Assembly (NCBI GenBank): GCA_016861205.1
Contig: BOKX01000001.1
Span: forward strand, 392,539-456,538
Origin: Patescibacteria group bacterium
GTDB taxonomy: Bacteria; Patescibacteriota; Microgenomatia; UBA1400; PJMF01
Length of the DNA stretch: 64,000 bases
Direction: 5' to 3'
In this document: one piece after another, positions 10,403-19,988 of the stretch
How the letters are laid out: each line of letters begins with the position of its first letter
How positions within the stretch are numbered: position 1 is the first letter of the stretch
Notes under the pieces: generated by a model
Databases searched by the model: none
What the model saw: only the letters and a program-made list of their open reading frames with translations
Told to the model about the DNA's origin: nothing
Made by a program: the position numbers and the translations under genes

Positions 10403-11545
10403 CTAGGCTACCCAGTAGCCTTGTACGAACAAAACTGTCATAAGTATCAAAATACTGAGTGATCCTAACAAATATCCTACTCTAAGCCAACGGTGAGTTG
10501 TGAACTGCTCGGCTAAGGCCAACCAAATCGGAAAACAAACGAGCACATACCGCGGCATGCTGGAAAAAGTACCGGTGACAGTCGGTAACAAAAAGGCTCC
10601 CAGACCAAACAACGTCCAAGCCAAAGGCACTCGTCGTGCCGCCCACACTAAACCGACCAAACCCATCACCCCGACTACACCCTCTTGGATAAAGGCCAGA
10701 TACTTCCAGTCATGCGGTTGATAGGTCAACCAAATCTTGATGTATCGCCAGACAACCTGAGGATATAGTATCAATGACTCTTGTCGCCCACTACCAAACT
10801 CACTCTGGACATGGAAAAAATAGAGAGGATCGTGAAACTCTCGATACAGAAACCACATATACAAACCTAGCCCTACCACTCCCCCAATGATTGGTACAAC
10901 TTGCCACCACTGACGAGGTAGCTTGGCATCTCGCGATTGCCACCACCATAGCAACAAACAGGGCACCAAGCCCACCCCAACCACCCGGGTGGCAGCAGCC
11001 ACTGCAACCACTGCTCCTGCTAGCCACCATTGTTGTCGTTGGGCTGCCCAGAAGGCACCAATGACTAACAGCAAGAACAAACTTTCAGAATAAACTGCAC
11101 CGAAATAAAACGAGGTAGGAAAAACTGCTAAAATAGCGGTCGCCCAGATCGCAACCGCAGAGCCTTTCCAAGCTTTCACAAATCCGAACCAAACCCACAC
11201 CAATACTAAACTGGCAACGTTGGCCACAATCAAACCACTCAGTAGAGTGTTCGCTGTAATAGTGTTGAGTGCAGCGACTAATCCTGGATATACCGGAAAA
11301 AAAGCTTGTATCAGACCGGTCCCAATATAACCCTTCTCGGCTATGGTGAGATAGTGAACCCCATCAAAGTTTGCCCACGAGTACAACCATCTAGGTAGAT
11401 CATACTTTGGTAAAAGCGTGAACGCATAGGGAAACGTCGGCTCATACTTGAGAAATCGATCTGCCACCACCGCAACAAGCATCAGCACTGAACGCCAAAT
11501 AAACCAAGCTAGTGTTAACCATCCAAACTCACGCCGTGACAACAT
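10403..11545 (-). CDS. GT-C mannosyltransferase-like membrane protein (PIG-V/DUF2029-like)
   Basis: 'WANFDGVHYLTIAEKGY...FFPVYPGL' is the hallmark motif of PIG-V-type GT-C mannosyltransferases. The protein is multi-TM. Confidence 0.55.
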   Translation of the reverse strand: MLSRREFGWLTLAWFIWRSVLMLVAVVADRFLKYEPTFPYAFTLLPKYDLPRWLYSWANFDGVHYLTIAEKGYIGTGLIQAFFPVYPGLVAALNTITANTLLSGLIVANVASLVLVWVWFGFVKAWKGSAVAIWATAILAVFPTSFYFGAVYSESLFLLLVIGAFWAAQRQQWWLAGAVVAVAAATRVVGVGLVPCLLLWWWQSRDAKLPRQWWQVVPIIGGVVGLGLYMWFLYREFHDPLYFFHVQSEFGSGRQESLILYPQVVWRYIKIWLTYQPHDWKYLAFIQEGVVGVMGLVGLVWAARRVPLAWTLFGLGAFLLPTVTGTFSSMPRYVLVCFPIWLALAEQFTTHRWLRVGYLLGSLSILILMTVLFVQGYWVA

Positions 11546-11554
11546 ATCTATATC

Positions 11555-13270
11555 CTAACCTTTGACAGCCCATCTGTGCGACCCCCATCGGTGACCAGTC
11601 CAAACAAGTTTGCCGCCTAACACAATCAAGGCTACCAAGCTAACTGCATTTGCCATGTGACGTACAGGAGTAACTTGTCCAAAACGTGTTCTCACTTGAA
11701 AGTGTCCCGCGGGAACTTGGTAAGCTATGCGACCTTGTGTCTCGGCATTAAAAATAGGCGACAACAGCGTCTTGGCCCCGGCTTGGTCAGTGATAGCTGT
11801 CTGCCATCCGGCATACATCATCGTTGGCTCAACTATGACCACAGGTTCTGCTGCCGTGATTTGGAACTCGTGCGTGGTCCCCGTCCATCGCGATACAAGC
11901 ACCTCCGCCTGACCCGATACCACAGTCGGCGCTGGTTGCCAGTCACCAATGTTCAAGTACTCAAAAGTAACTGGACGATTTTCATTAGCGGTAGTTGTAC
12001 TCTGTCCAAAGTTTTCATAGTACTCATCGGGATAGTGACGCCTGTCAACCGCTTTAAGATGTAAAGCTACACCAACTTGTCCCATCAACAAGATACCAAG
12101 CAAACTAGCCATCCAACGAGTTCGACTTACGACATTAGCTATCCACAGCGGGGCAATCACCAGCCAAATTAAACTTAGTCGCCACGGAAACTGAACAAAG
12201 TTTAAGAAAGGAACAGTCGTCCATAGCCGAGCAGCCAGCGATAGCTGAGCAAGAATCACTACCCACCCAATACCCACCCATAACCCCACAGAATTTTCTA
12301 ACCCCACCGGCTTTGACCTTAATTTTGTGATAAACCAGGTGCACAGTATGATACCTAGGCTTACCCAGCTCACGACACCCAATTGAAAACCCAACGAATC
12401 AATTGGACCTGGTAGTGAGAAACCAAACTGAAGTGGTGACCAAAGAAGTTGGCTGAATGTCACCGCATGTTGTGCTACTTGGTTTGATAATCCCGCTTCA
12501 CCTAGAACCACCAGTTTTTTTTCGAGTAACGCTGGGATCCAAAACCAAGCACTCAAACCAAAACTGAGCACTCCTGCCTCGACCGCTGGCCACCAGATGT
12601 GTTTTCCACGCCATCGCCACAAACACCACACCGCCAAAACAGGCGCTGTAATGAGCACCGCTACATTGTGGGCCAGTAGCCACCATGCTAACCAGAACAC
12701 CATGGCCCACCATGTCTGAGGTTGCCACTTTTGGTCTCGACTGACTCTCTCAATAATACCCAGTAACCAAGGCAAACTAGCTAAACTCATAACTTCACCG
12801 ATCGAACCTCGAAACCAAACTGCACTCAACAAATAGGGGCTGGTCGCTATCGTTCCAACGGCCACCAGTTTTGCCAACCAAGTGTGGTTGTACCGCCCCA
12901 ACCACCACCAACTACCTGCGAGCAAGCTACCCACGCAGCCAACAACAATAAGCTTGAAAGCACTCTCGTAGCTAACTCCCATGGCTACCAGCGGCATCGC
13001 CAGGATATTGGGTAATGGGTAGTTGTAGTTAAAAACTGGGTATCCGTAATGGTTCATCAAGGCAGGCGCCCAACGAGGTGGCAGTTGACCGTCTTTGAGA
13101 GCCAACTTGTAGTTTGCGAATCTCGCTAGATGGTTCTCCCCATCATGGGTATACGGCACACCAGGATGTATATATGTTCGAGTTGCCAACCAAACTCCAG
13201 CCACGATTACGATCAGTGTTGCCAACTGGTGCCACCAGGTTTGGCTGACGGCTTTAGGTTTTTTGTTCAT
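11555..13270 (-). CDS. Large polytopic membrane protein with a C-terminal extracytoplasmic domain (putative GT-C/YfhO-like)
   Basis: 571 aa. It has a 'THDGENHLARFANYKL' loop after TM1 and about 12 TM helices, followed by a ~150 aa soluble tail. Confidence 0.4.
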   Translation of the reverse strand: MNKKPKAVSQTWWHQLATLIVIVAGVWLATRTYIHPGVPYTHDGENHLARFANYKLALKDGQLPPRWAPALMNHYGYPVFNYNYPLPNILAMPLVAMGVSYESAFKLIVVGCVGSLLAGSWWWLGRYNHTWLAKLVAVGTIATSPYLLSAVWFRGSIGEVMSLASLPWLLGIIERVSRDQKWQPQTWWAMVFWLAWWLLAHNVAVLITAPVLAVWCLWRWRGKHIWWPAVEAGVLSFGLSAWFWIPALLEKKLVVLGEAGLSNQVAQHAVTFSQLLWSPLQFGFSLPGPIDSLGFQLGVVSWVSLGIILCTWFITKLRSKPVGLENSVGLWVGIGWVVILAQLSLAARLWTTVPFLNFVQFPWRLSLIWLVIAPLWIANVVSRTRWMASLLGILLMGQVGVALHLKAVDRRHYPDEYYENFGQSTTTANENRPVTFEYLNIGDWQPAPTVVSGQAEVLVSRWTGTTHEFQITAAEPVVIVEPTMMYAGWQTAITDQAGAKTLLSPIFNAETQGRIAYQVPAGHFQVRTRFGQVTPVRHMANAVSLVALIVLGGKLVWTGHRWGSHRWAVKG

Positions 13271-14315
13271 GTAAAACCTGCTGATAAACTTTCACCGTCT
13301 CAACCGCGGTGCGACTCCACGTAAACTTACTCGCCCACAATGAAGCTCGTCGGGTTCGATCTGATCTCACTCGTTCTGACCAGCCGGCCACAGTGGTAAT
13401 ACCTTGAGCCAATCCCTCTGCTGTTGGCTGCACAACAACTGCTTGAGCGCCAGCGACTTCCACCAAAGCAGCCGTGTCAGTAATCACAACCGGCACTCGG
13501 CACTGCATGGCTTCTAAAACGGGTAGTCCGAAACCTTCGGCTAGCGATGGTTGCACGTAAGCTAGAGCACCAGAGTAGATTGCGGCCAAGTCTTCGACTG
13601 CTTCCGGACCAAGATCAGTTATAAACTTGACTCGACTCTCGACATTACTCAACGCCAATTGAGACTCGATCCACTTCCATTCTGGAATCGGCTGAGGTAT
13701 GAAGTTCTTTCCGACACACACTAAATGGATGTGTTCTGGAATAAATTTGAGCGCCTTAATTAGTTGTGGCAGATTTTTGTTGTAGTTGATGTCACCCACG
13801 TACAAAATATATGCGTCCGGCAACTGCAACTTCTGTTTTACGGTTATGATTTGACTTTGTTTTGACCGGGTTATTTCCGGTTGGGCTGCTAAGGGAACTA
13901 CAAAAACTTTGCGATCTGACACCCCAAGATAACGAATAATATCTTGCTTTGATGCCTGAGAATCTGTGATCACAGCTTCCACTCGCTGGACCAGCCATCT
14001 TTGTCGCCACAAGGCTGCGCGGCCTTTGATTCCTGGTTTGTAGTGGGCTGGATAACGTAAAGGAATGACATCGTGTACCGTAACCACAGTTGGAGCCGGT
14101 CGACGAACAGGTAGGGTAGGAAAAAAGAGATCAAAGTACGGATAGTGAATCAAGTCTGGCTTCAGCTTGGAAACTTCTGCTGGTTGCGTCGTCTCAAGCA
14201 ACTCAACAGTTCGTCGACGTTTCAGTTCGGCTGCTAACTCTCGGGTGTATCGACCGATACCCCTATGAGCATGGCCCGTTAGTAGCGGTGTGGTATCGAG
14301 TTGAACAGTAATCAT
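13254..14315 (-). CDS. Glycosyltransferase family 4
   Basis: C-terminal 'AYVQPSLAEGFGLPVLEAMQCRVPVVITD' GT4 motif. Confidence 0.75.
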   Translation of the reverse strand: MITVQLDTTPLLTGHAHRGIGRYTRELAAELKRRRTVELLETTQPAEVSKLKPDLIHYPYFDLFFPTLPVRRPAPTVVTVHDVIPLRYPAHYKPGIKGRAALWRQRWLVQRVEAVITDSQASKQDIIRYLGVSDRKVFVVPLAAQPEITRSKQSQIITVKQKLQLPDAYILYVGDINYNKNLPQLIKALKFIPEHIHLVCVGKNFIPQPIPEWKWIESQLALSNVESRVKFITDLGPEAVEDLAAIYSGALAYVQPSLAEGFGLPVLEAMQCRVPVVITDTAALVEVAGAQAVVVQPTAEGLAQGITTVAGWSERVRSDRTRRASLWASKFTWSRTAVETVKVYQQVLHEQKT

Positions 14316-15109
14316 ACGTTTTTCTTTGGTAACTTTAGTTCCCAGTACTTAAGGAATGCCACCGGATGATGCAAACCACTCATCACTGCGAACACAAAAC
14401 CCGGAAATCCATCAACAAACCCTTTATGGCGCAGGTACATTGAAACAAACGTAGCGAGTGGCAACCACACCCAAAACCTCAGAACACTGGGCAAGGCAAT
14501 TTTCAGTTTTTGATCTTTAAGCTGATAGGCTTTAAACGTTGTGTAGGTGTTGAACTTACGCAAGTAATCGGCAAAAGTTGGATTACTGTAATGTAGCAAA
14601 TGCCCCTCTGCCCAGCCGGTGCTGCCGTTGACCACCATCTGTTCGTGAACATCTTTCTGGGGCAACTCAGCCTGCCCCGCCTTGAACAACCTAATGACTG
14701 CATCAGGATACTGACCACCTTTGCTCAACCAGCGACCCATAAAAAAGTTCTTGCGCTTAATCCACCAGGCGCTGTCGGTGGTGGCCTCAAGATTTTGGGC
14801 AACTTTGACGATGAACGTCGCCAGTTCCGCATCAACCACTTCGTCAGCATCGAGTTGCAAAATCAGGTCACCTTTGGCGGCGTCGTTACCCATTTGCTTA
14901 TTGATATGAAAGTTGCGTTTGTTGGTAGTTTTTATGACACGAGCGCCATAACGACGTGCGATAGAGACCGTTTCATCGGTTGATTCACCATCAACGACCA
15001 CAATTTCGTCAGCCCATTTTTTGACCGAGTCTAACGACCGAGCTAAGTTCTCGGCCTCATTGTGAACTGCTAGAACGACTGAAATCATACCTATTCCAAG
15101 TTGTGCCAT
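14312..15109 (-). CDS. Glycosyltransferase family 2 with C-terminal TM segment
   Basis: Carries 'ISVVLAVHNEAENL...VVVDGESTDET' and a hydrophobic C-terminus. The start may be at M8 (15088). Confidence 0.7.
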   Translation of the reverse strand: MAQLGIGMISVVLAVHNEAENLARSLDSVKKWADEIVVVDGESTDETVSIARRYGARVIKTTNKRNFHINKQMGNDAAKGDLILQLDADEVVDAELATFIVKVAQNLEATTDSAWWIKRKNFFMGRWLSKGGQYPDAVIRLFKAGQAELPQKDVHEQMVVNGSTGWAEGHLLHYSNPTFADYLRKFNTYTTFKAYQLKDQKLKIALPSVLRFWVWLPLATFVSMYLRHKGFVDGFPGFVFAVMSGLHHPVAFLKYWELKLPKKNV

Positions 15110-16661
15110 CCCATTGTAGCAGGATTACCTCAGTCGGCACACGATCGGCCTGTTGGGCTATGAAGTGGTATCTACCAACCTGTTGGCCATATTGTAACCC
15201 AACTTGATTCGGCTGCTGCATGATAACAGTGGCTCGAAAAACACTGGGTGGCAAACGCAAACTCCAAGCTACTTGGATGTAACTGTAACCATCTTCATCC
15301 ACCACTGCCACTGGCACGCCAGGATATCGCTGCTCTACGTCTTGGACTGCCTCGGTTAATCCGGCTTTGAGAATCCGAGTGCTCTGGGCTGGATACCCAC
15401 GAAAGTACCGCCACAGATAGTGGCCACTTTGGTAAACGGCTAATGAAACCAAAGCCACCACAGCAACTTGAGCTAGGCGTCGCGACCAGCGTCTGAGCCA
15501 CTCAGTCAGGAACCAGACTCCAAACCCTGACCACCAAATCAGAGTCAGCAAGAAAACTAAGCTCCGGGTAGCGTGCGGAGCATCGACGGTGATCACGGCC
15601 GGACCCAAACTCACCATCGTTGTGAGCCACCACCAGAGTTGCCATCGCCCAGCTTCGGACTTCAATTTTTGGCGGCGTTGACCTGCAAAATCAATCAGCC
15701 ACCCCAACCAGCCCACCACAGCCATCACGTACACAACACTCACTAGATGTCCTGTGCCTGGTACCTGGTGCCAAGGATGAGCACCTCCACGTTGCACCAC
15801 AAAAGCAGGGCTCCAGCTCGCCACCCAATTCCTGGTGAGGCGCGTTGTTAGATAAACATACTTGTTTCCCAACAGGAGCTGCTGAGAACTGGGTAGCGCA
15901 GATCGATACTCAACAAACTGTGCCCATACCGTCGGATCACCAAAGAGCGTGACTGCCGACTTTTGGGCAGAGGCGGCTCGTTGCACCAGGAAACCCAGAC
16001 CAGCCACCAAACAAAGACCCATGACTGGCAACACCCAGGCTCGCCATTGCTTCCAACCGCGACCTAACACCACCCCCACCACCACCCAAGGAGCGAGTAA
16101 AAGTGGGGTGTTGTACGTTAAAATAGCTGCCGACATTGCCACCAATCCCAGTATGTCAGTCCGCCACCGGTGCTGGGTTTTTGGTTTACTTACTACCCAA
16201 ATGCTCAGCAACCACCAGGCTAACGCCACCATCGCCTCCCAAGCCATTCGCGAGTAGAAGAGCATGACTGGGCTGACGGCTACCACGCCAAGTACCCACC
16301 ACTGACTCCGCTTTGGCCAAGCAGCTTGGCGCACAATAGCGAACGACAAGCCAACTACAGCTACCCCAGCCGCAGCGGCTGGCCAGCGAATGACACTATC
16401 GCTGTCACCAAACATTCGGAATAACGCCACCAACAACCACACGTATCCACTCAGTTTGTAATCACCAAACGATTTCAGAGTCAGCGGCCAGCGTTGACCC
16501 CACTCATCAGCCCCCGTTTGATGAATCAAAAACGCGTTGTACGCTAAGGCTGCCTCATCCCGATTCAAAGCGGCCGGAACTTGAGCCAGGCGCCAAAACC
16601 GAGTGATCGTGGCCAAACCCAAAATCAAAACCAAACCAATAACGGGCAACTGTGACTTCAT
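15057..16661 (-). CDS. GT-C family 39/83-like (ArnT/PMT-like) membrane glycosyltransferase
   Basis: First-loop 'NRDEAALAYNAF' DE motif and 'FGDYKLSGYVWL', with more than 10 TM helices. It is a paralog of the next gene (shared GDYKL). Confidence 0.6.
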   Translation of the reverse strand: MKSQLPVIGLVLILGLATITRFWRLAQVPAALNRDEAALAYNAFLIHQTGADEWGQRWPLTLKSFGDYKLSGYVWLLVALFRMFGDSDSVIRWPAAAAGVAVVGLSFAIVRQAAWPKRSQWWVLGVVAVSPVMLFYSRMAWEAMVALAWWLLSIWVVSKPKTQHRWRTDILGLVAMSAAILTYNTPLLLAPWVVVGVVLGRGWKQWRAWVLPVMGLCLVAGLGFLVQRAASAQKSAVTLFGDPTVWAQFVEYRSALPSSQQLLLGNKYVYLTTRLTRNWVASWSPAFVVQRGGAHPWHQVPGTGHLVSVVYVMAVVGWLGWLIDFAGQRRQKLKSEAGRWQLWWWLTTMVSLGPAVITVDAPHATRSLVFLLTLIWWSGFGVWFLTEWLRRWSRRLAQVAVVALVSLAVYQSGHYLWRYFRGYPAQSTRILKAGLTEAVQDVEQRYPGVPVAVVDEDGYSYIQVAWSLRLPPSVFRATVIMQQPNQVGLQYGQQVGRYHFIAQQADRVPTEVILLQWDGTTWNRYDFSRSSSSQ

Positions 16662-16668
16662 GTTCCTT

Positions 16669-18408
16669 TTAGCGCGGAGCTACTTCTACTACTATGTAAC
16701 TTGACTGGGCGGTGGGACCGGGTATGTCTTGTTTTGATGAAACTACCAGCGGCTGTTCATCGAGGAGTCGCCGAACAGCCTCAGCAGTCCCAGCCACTAC
16801 TGTTGGTCGGACGACTGGATCACGGGCATCAAGTTTAATCCCATCAAAATCGTGAAACAAGTATGCCGCTGTTGGCCAAGTTTGATACTGGCTTGCTGGG
16901 TACGGCCCAAACGCCAGCAACCACAGATAGAAACGATAATCAAAACTCAGAATAGCCACTGGCTCACCAGGCTGTCGTAGCTGATAAATAGTTTCGGCCA
17001 CTTGCTTGTAGTTGCCCTGCCAGGCTTCAAATGAGTCTTGGGGATAGACGTGTAAGTAGTGATACCACCACGGCCAACTCGAAACGACAACAACCATTAC
17101 CGCTAGACCTGTGCTAAGTTCAGCTACATATCGTACTTTTGATCCAGTTACTTCGACAAACCAACCAATAGCCGCAGTTATGCCGCCAGCAACTAACAAA
17201 CAAACCGGCACTAAAGCGTTCAGTGATCGAAGTGCATGTGGTGTATCTTCTGGAATCGAAGCTGGCAGTAAAGCGATCAGCCACCAAGTTATGAGTAGTG
17301 CTAAAACACCCGGTCGGCGCTGCCACCACCAGCTCACACCCCAAAACAAGAATGGTAAAAGTGTTAGTGACAACAAACCGTGCTGACCAGTACCATGACG
17401 AAGATTGGGATCGCCAGTCATGAATAAGTAGTTCAGATCCAAATGGTCGGCATAGTTCGACAATACTTCTCTAACAAGCAACCAATGCCGGTGAAACAGG
17501 ATCCGATCCCACAGTTGGTTGCCCGCCAACTCTCGGTAGACATTTGACTGCACCACGTATGAACTCGAGTTTAAAACTGAGGTGGTTCCCAACCGAAATC
17601 GGTTGCTGTCGGCATACAGCGGCGAACGTATCATTGGAATCAGACAAACCCCAAACACAATACCCGCACCACCTACCCGCAATAGCCAAGCTTTCCACCA
17701 ATCCAACTCTCGCCAACGCCAGCCGTCAGCCGGAATGACCACAAAGATTGCTGTGGCAAGCAAAAGAACTGGCCACACAAACCGAACTGAAAAATAGCCA
17801 TACGTAGCGAGGCCACCCAAGATGGGAGCCAGCCACCACACTTTTGGCCACTTGGTGGACAAGACCATGCTCAACACTGATAGCGCAACCAGCAGTTGTG
17901 CTACATGTCCCTCAAAACCTGTTCGCGAAAACATGACACTCCAAGGTGTCAATGCCACCACTGCCATAGCAACGACCCGAAGTATGATATTGATTGGTGG
18001 TTTACTTTTCGGTTGGCTAAACTCGCCAAGTAAGTAATGGGCCAAGTAACCCGCCACCAGCACAGTGCCCAGCCCTGCCAGAGCACTCGGTAGCCGCAAA
18101 GCCCACTCATTTGCGCCAGCTAACTTGACACTCAGTGACGCCAACCAGATATAGACTGGCAACTTGTAGTCACCGTATGAGGGGTACATGACTTGAAACC
18201 ACGGCCGATTGTGCATATCCCGACCTGTTTCGGCAACCGCTCGGGCATCAGCCAAAATGGCAACTTCATCCCAATACAGACCAAGGGGAACTTCACCAAG
18301 ACGGTACAACCGCACGAAAACTGCTACCAACAGTATTACTCCTATGAGCCAGCCGTACCAACGCATGCCATCATCATAGCATTGAGGTACAATGATGGTA
18401 CATGTCAA
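16669..18408 (-). CDS. GT-C family 39/83-like (ArnT/PMT-like) membrane glycosyltransferase
   Basis: Carries 'YWDEVAILADARAV...YGDYKLPVYIWL'. The likely true start is M15 (18366), which removes the 5'-5' overlap with the divergent gene. Confidence 0.6.
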   Translation of the reverse strand: MTCTIIVPQCYDDGMRWYGWLIGVILLVAVFVRLYRLGEVPLGLYWDEVAILADARAVAETGRDMHNRPWFQVMYPSYGDYKLPVYIWLASLSVKLAGANEWALRLPSALAGLGTVLVAGYLAHYLLGEFSQPKSKPPINIILRVVAMAVVALTPWSVMFSRTGFEGHVAQLLVALSVLSMVLSTKWPKVWWLAPILGGLATYGYFSVRFVWPVLLLATAIFVVIPADGWRWRELDWWKAWLLRVGGAGIVFGVCLIPMIRSPLYADSNRFRLGTTSVLNSSSYVVQSNVYRELAGNQLWDRILFHRHWLLVREVLSNYADHLDLNYLFMTGDPNLRHGTGQHGLLSLTLLPFLFWGVSWWWQRRPGVLALLITWWLIALLPASIPEDTPHALRSLNALVPVCLLVAGGITAAIGWFVEVTGSKVRYVAELSTGLAVMVVVVSSWPWWYHYLHVYPQDSFEAWQGNYKQVAETIYQLRQPGEPVAILSFDYRFYLWLLAFGPYPASQYQTWPTAAYLFHDFDGIKLDARDPVVRPTVVAGTAEAVRRLLDEQPLVVSSKQDIPGPTAQSSYIVVEVAPR

Positions 18409-19988
18409 TCAAACGCAGTTGGTGGTTAGGAATCGTTGGTAGTCTCGGTTACTTAGCAGTGACCTGGTGGCGGTTAACGAGCTTGCCTGTCTTTGCTGAC
18501 GAAGCCATTTACATCAGATGGGCTCAACTCATTATCGATGATTGGTCACGCTATCTTTTCTTTCCAATGAACGATGGTAAAACCCCATTGTTTGTATGGC
18601 TGATGGTACCTGCCTTACAATTATTCAACAACCCGGTCTGGGCAGCGAGACTGGTATCTGTGTTGGGTGGGTTCGTTCAAATCTGGCTGACTGGCCACAT
18701 TCTGAAAACGCTCGGGGCTAAACGGCAAACTCAGTGGTTGGGTATGCTGTTTATGACCGTTTTGCCCTACTGGTACTTCCACCATCGTATGGCTTTGATG
18801 GATGGGTGGCTAGCCACTGCTGTCACCGGCACATTATGGGCACTACTGCAGCTGGCCCAAGTCGTAGCTAACCGCTTGAAAACCAAGAAGGATCATCAGA
18901 GAATTTGGCAGCCAACTGGTTCAGAGCTCATGTGGATCGCGATGGCTGGTGGGTGGTGGGGTCTAGCTTGGTGGTTAAAGTTGCCCGCTATCTTGATAGC
19001 ACCCTTGTTTGTGCTGATACCTCTGTGGCCAAAAACTATGAGTTGGTCAGGTCGTTTAGCACTGACCATCCGAGTTGGTGCTGCCGGCTTTTTAGGCTTG
19101 TGTCTGTTTGTAATTCTAAGAGTGAGCCCCGTGTTTGGCCAACTATTTGCTCGTGGCAGTGACTTTCTTTACCCTTTGAGCACTGTGCTGGCTGGTGGGT
19201 GGACCCAAACTTTGCCAAACCTACCCACGTATGCTTGGTACTTCGTCACGTATCTGACCTGGCCGATCTGTTTGGCAGCGGTAAGTGGTTGGTTTTCAAA
19301 GCGGCATCAGCGAACTCATTTCCTGCTGTGGGGAGCTGCGTTGGGGTATGCTGTGCCCATAGCCCTGCTAGGCCGAGTGGTTTATCCCCGCTACTTGCTG
19401 CCAGCGGCAGTGTTCCTAACCATCAGCGCCGCCTTGGTGTACGAAGAGTGGTTGACCCATTGGGTTGGTGAGGCAAAAACTCTTCTCGCCAAAACTTGGC
19501 ATGGCTTGGTGATTGTCGGCTTAATCGCCCAAACGCTCGGTTTGAGCACTGTTTTTATGGTCACCAGCTGGTACTGGCCTGATCAAACCCCATTCGTCAG
19601 TGCTGATCGTTCTCAGTACTTGGAAGAATGGTCATCTGGTCACGGAATTGTCGAAGCGGTTCAGTACATTCAATCCCAACAGGCCAATCACTCAGTGGCG
19701 GTAGCCACTGAAGGCTACTTCGGCACTTTGCCCGATGCGCTGTTACTCTACTTCTTTGGCCACAATGTTGACAACCTAATGATTGAGGGTATTGGTCAGC
19801 CAGTTGTCTCGATTCCCGCTGAGTTCTGGCAACGATCAACTAGCTACCAACAAGTTCTCTTGGTTGTTAACTCACATCGCTTGCAACTACCCTTAGCTCG
19901 CGAGCACCTCCGGCTTGAAGTGTGTCGACCGAACGGGGCCCCGTGTTTGCAGGTGTGGGACATCACTACGCTGCGGCCGAAGAACTAG
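18402..19988 (+). CDS. GT-C family ArnT/PMT-like membrane glycosyltransferase
   Basis: 'FADEAIYIRWAQ' DE-motif loop after TM1, with about 12 TM helices. It is divergent from the two paralogs. Confidence 0.55.
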   Translation: MSIKRSWWLGIVGSLGYLAVTWWRLTSLPVFADEAIYIRWAQLIIDDWSRYLFFPMNDGKTPLFVWLMVPALQLFNNPVWAARLVSVLGGFVQIWLTGHILKTLGAKRQTQWLGMLFMTVLPYWYFHHRMALMDGWLATAVTGTLWALLQLAQVVANRLKTKKDHQRIWQPTGSELMWIAMAGGWWGLAWWLKLPAILIAPLFVLIPLWPKTMSWSGRLALTIRVGAAGFLGLCLFVILRVSPVFGQLFARGSDFLYPLSTVLAGGWTQTLPNLPTYAWYFVTYLTWPICLAAVSGWFSKRHQRTHFLLWGAALGYAVPIALLGRVVYPRYLLPAAVFLTISAALVYEEWLTHWVGEAKTLLAKTWHGLVIVGLIAQTLGLSTVFMVTSWYWPDQTPFVSADRSQYLEEWSSGHGIVEAVQYIQSQQANHSVAVATEGYFGTLPDALLLYFFGHNVDNLMIEGIGQPVVSIPAEFWQRSTSYQQVLLVVNSHRLQLPLAREHLRLEVCRPNGAPCLQVWDITTLRPKN

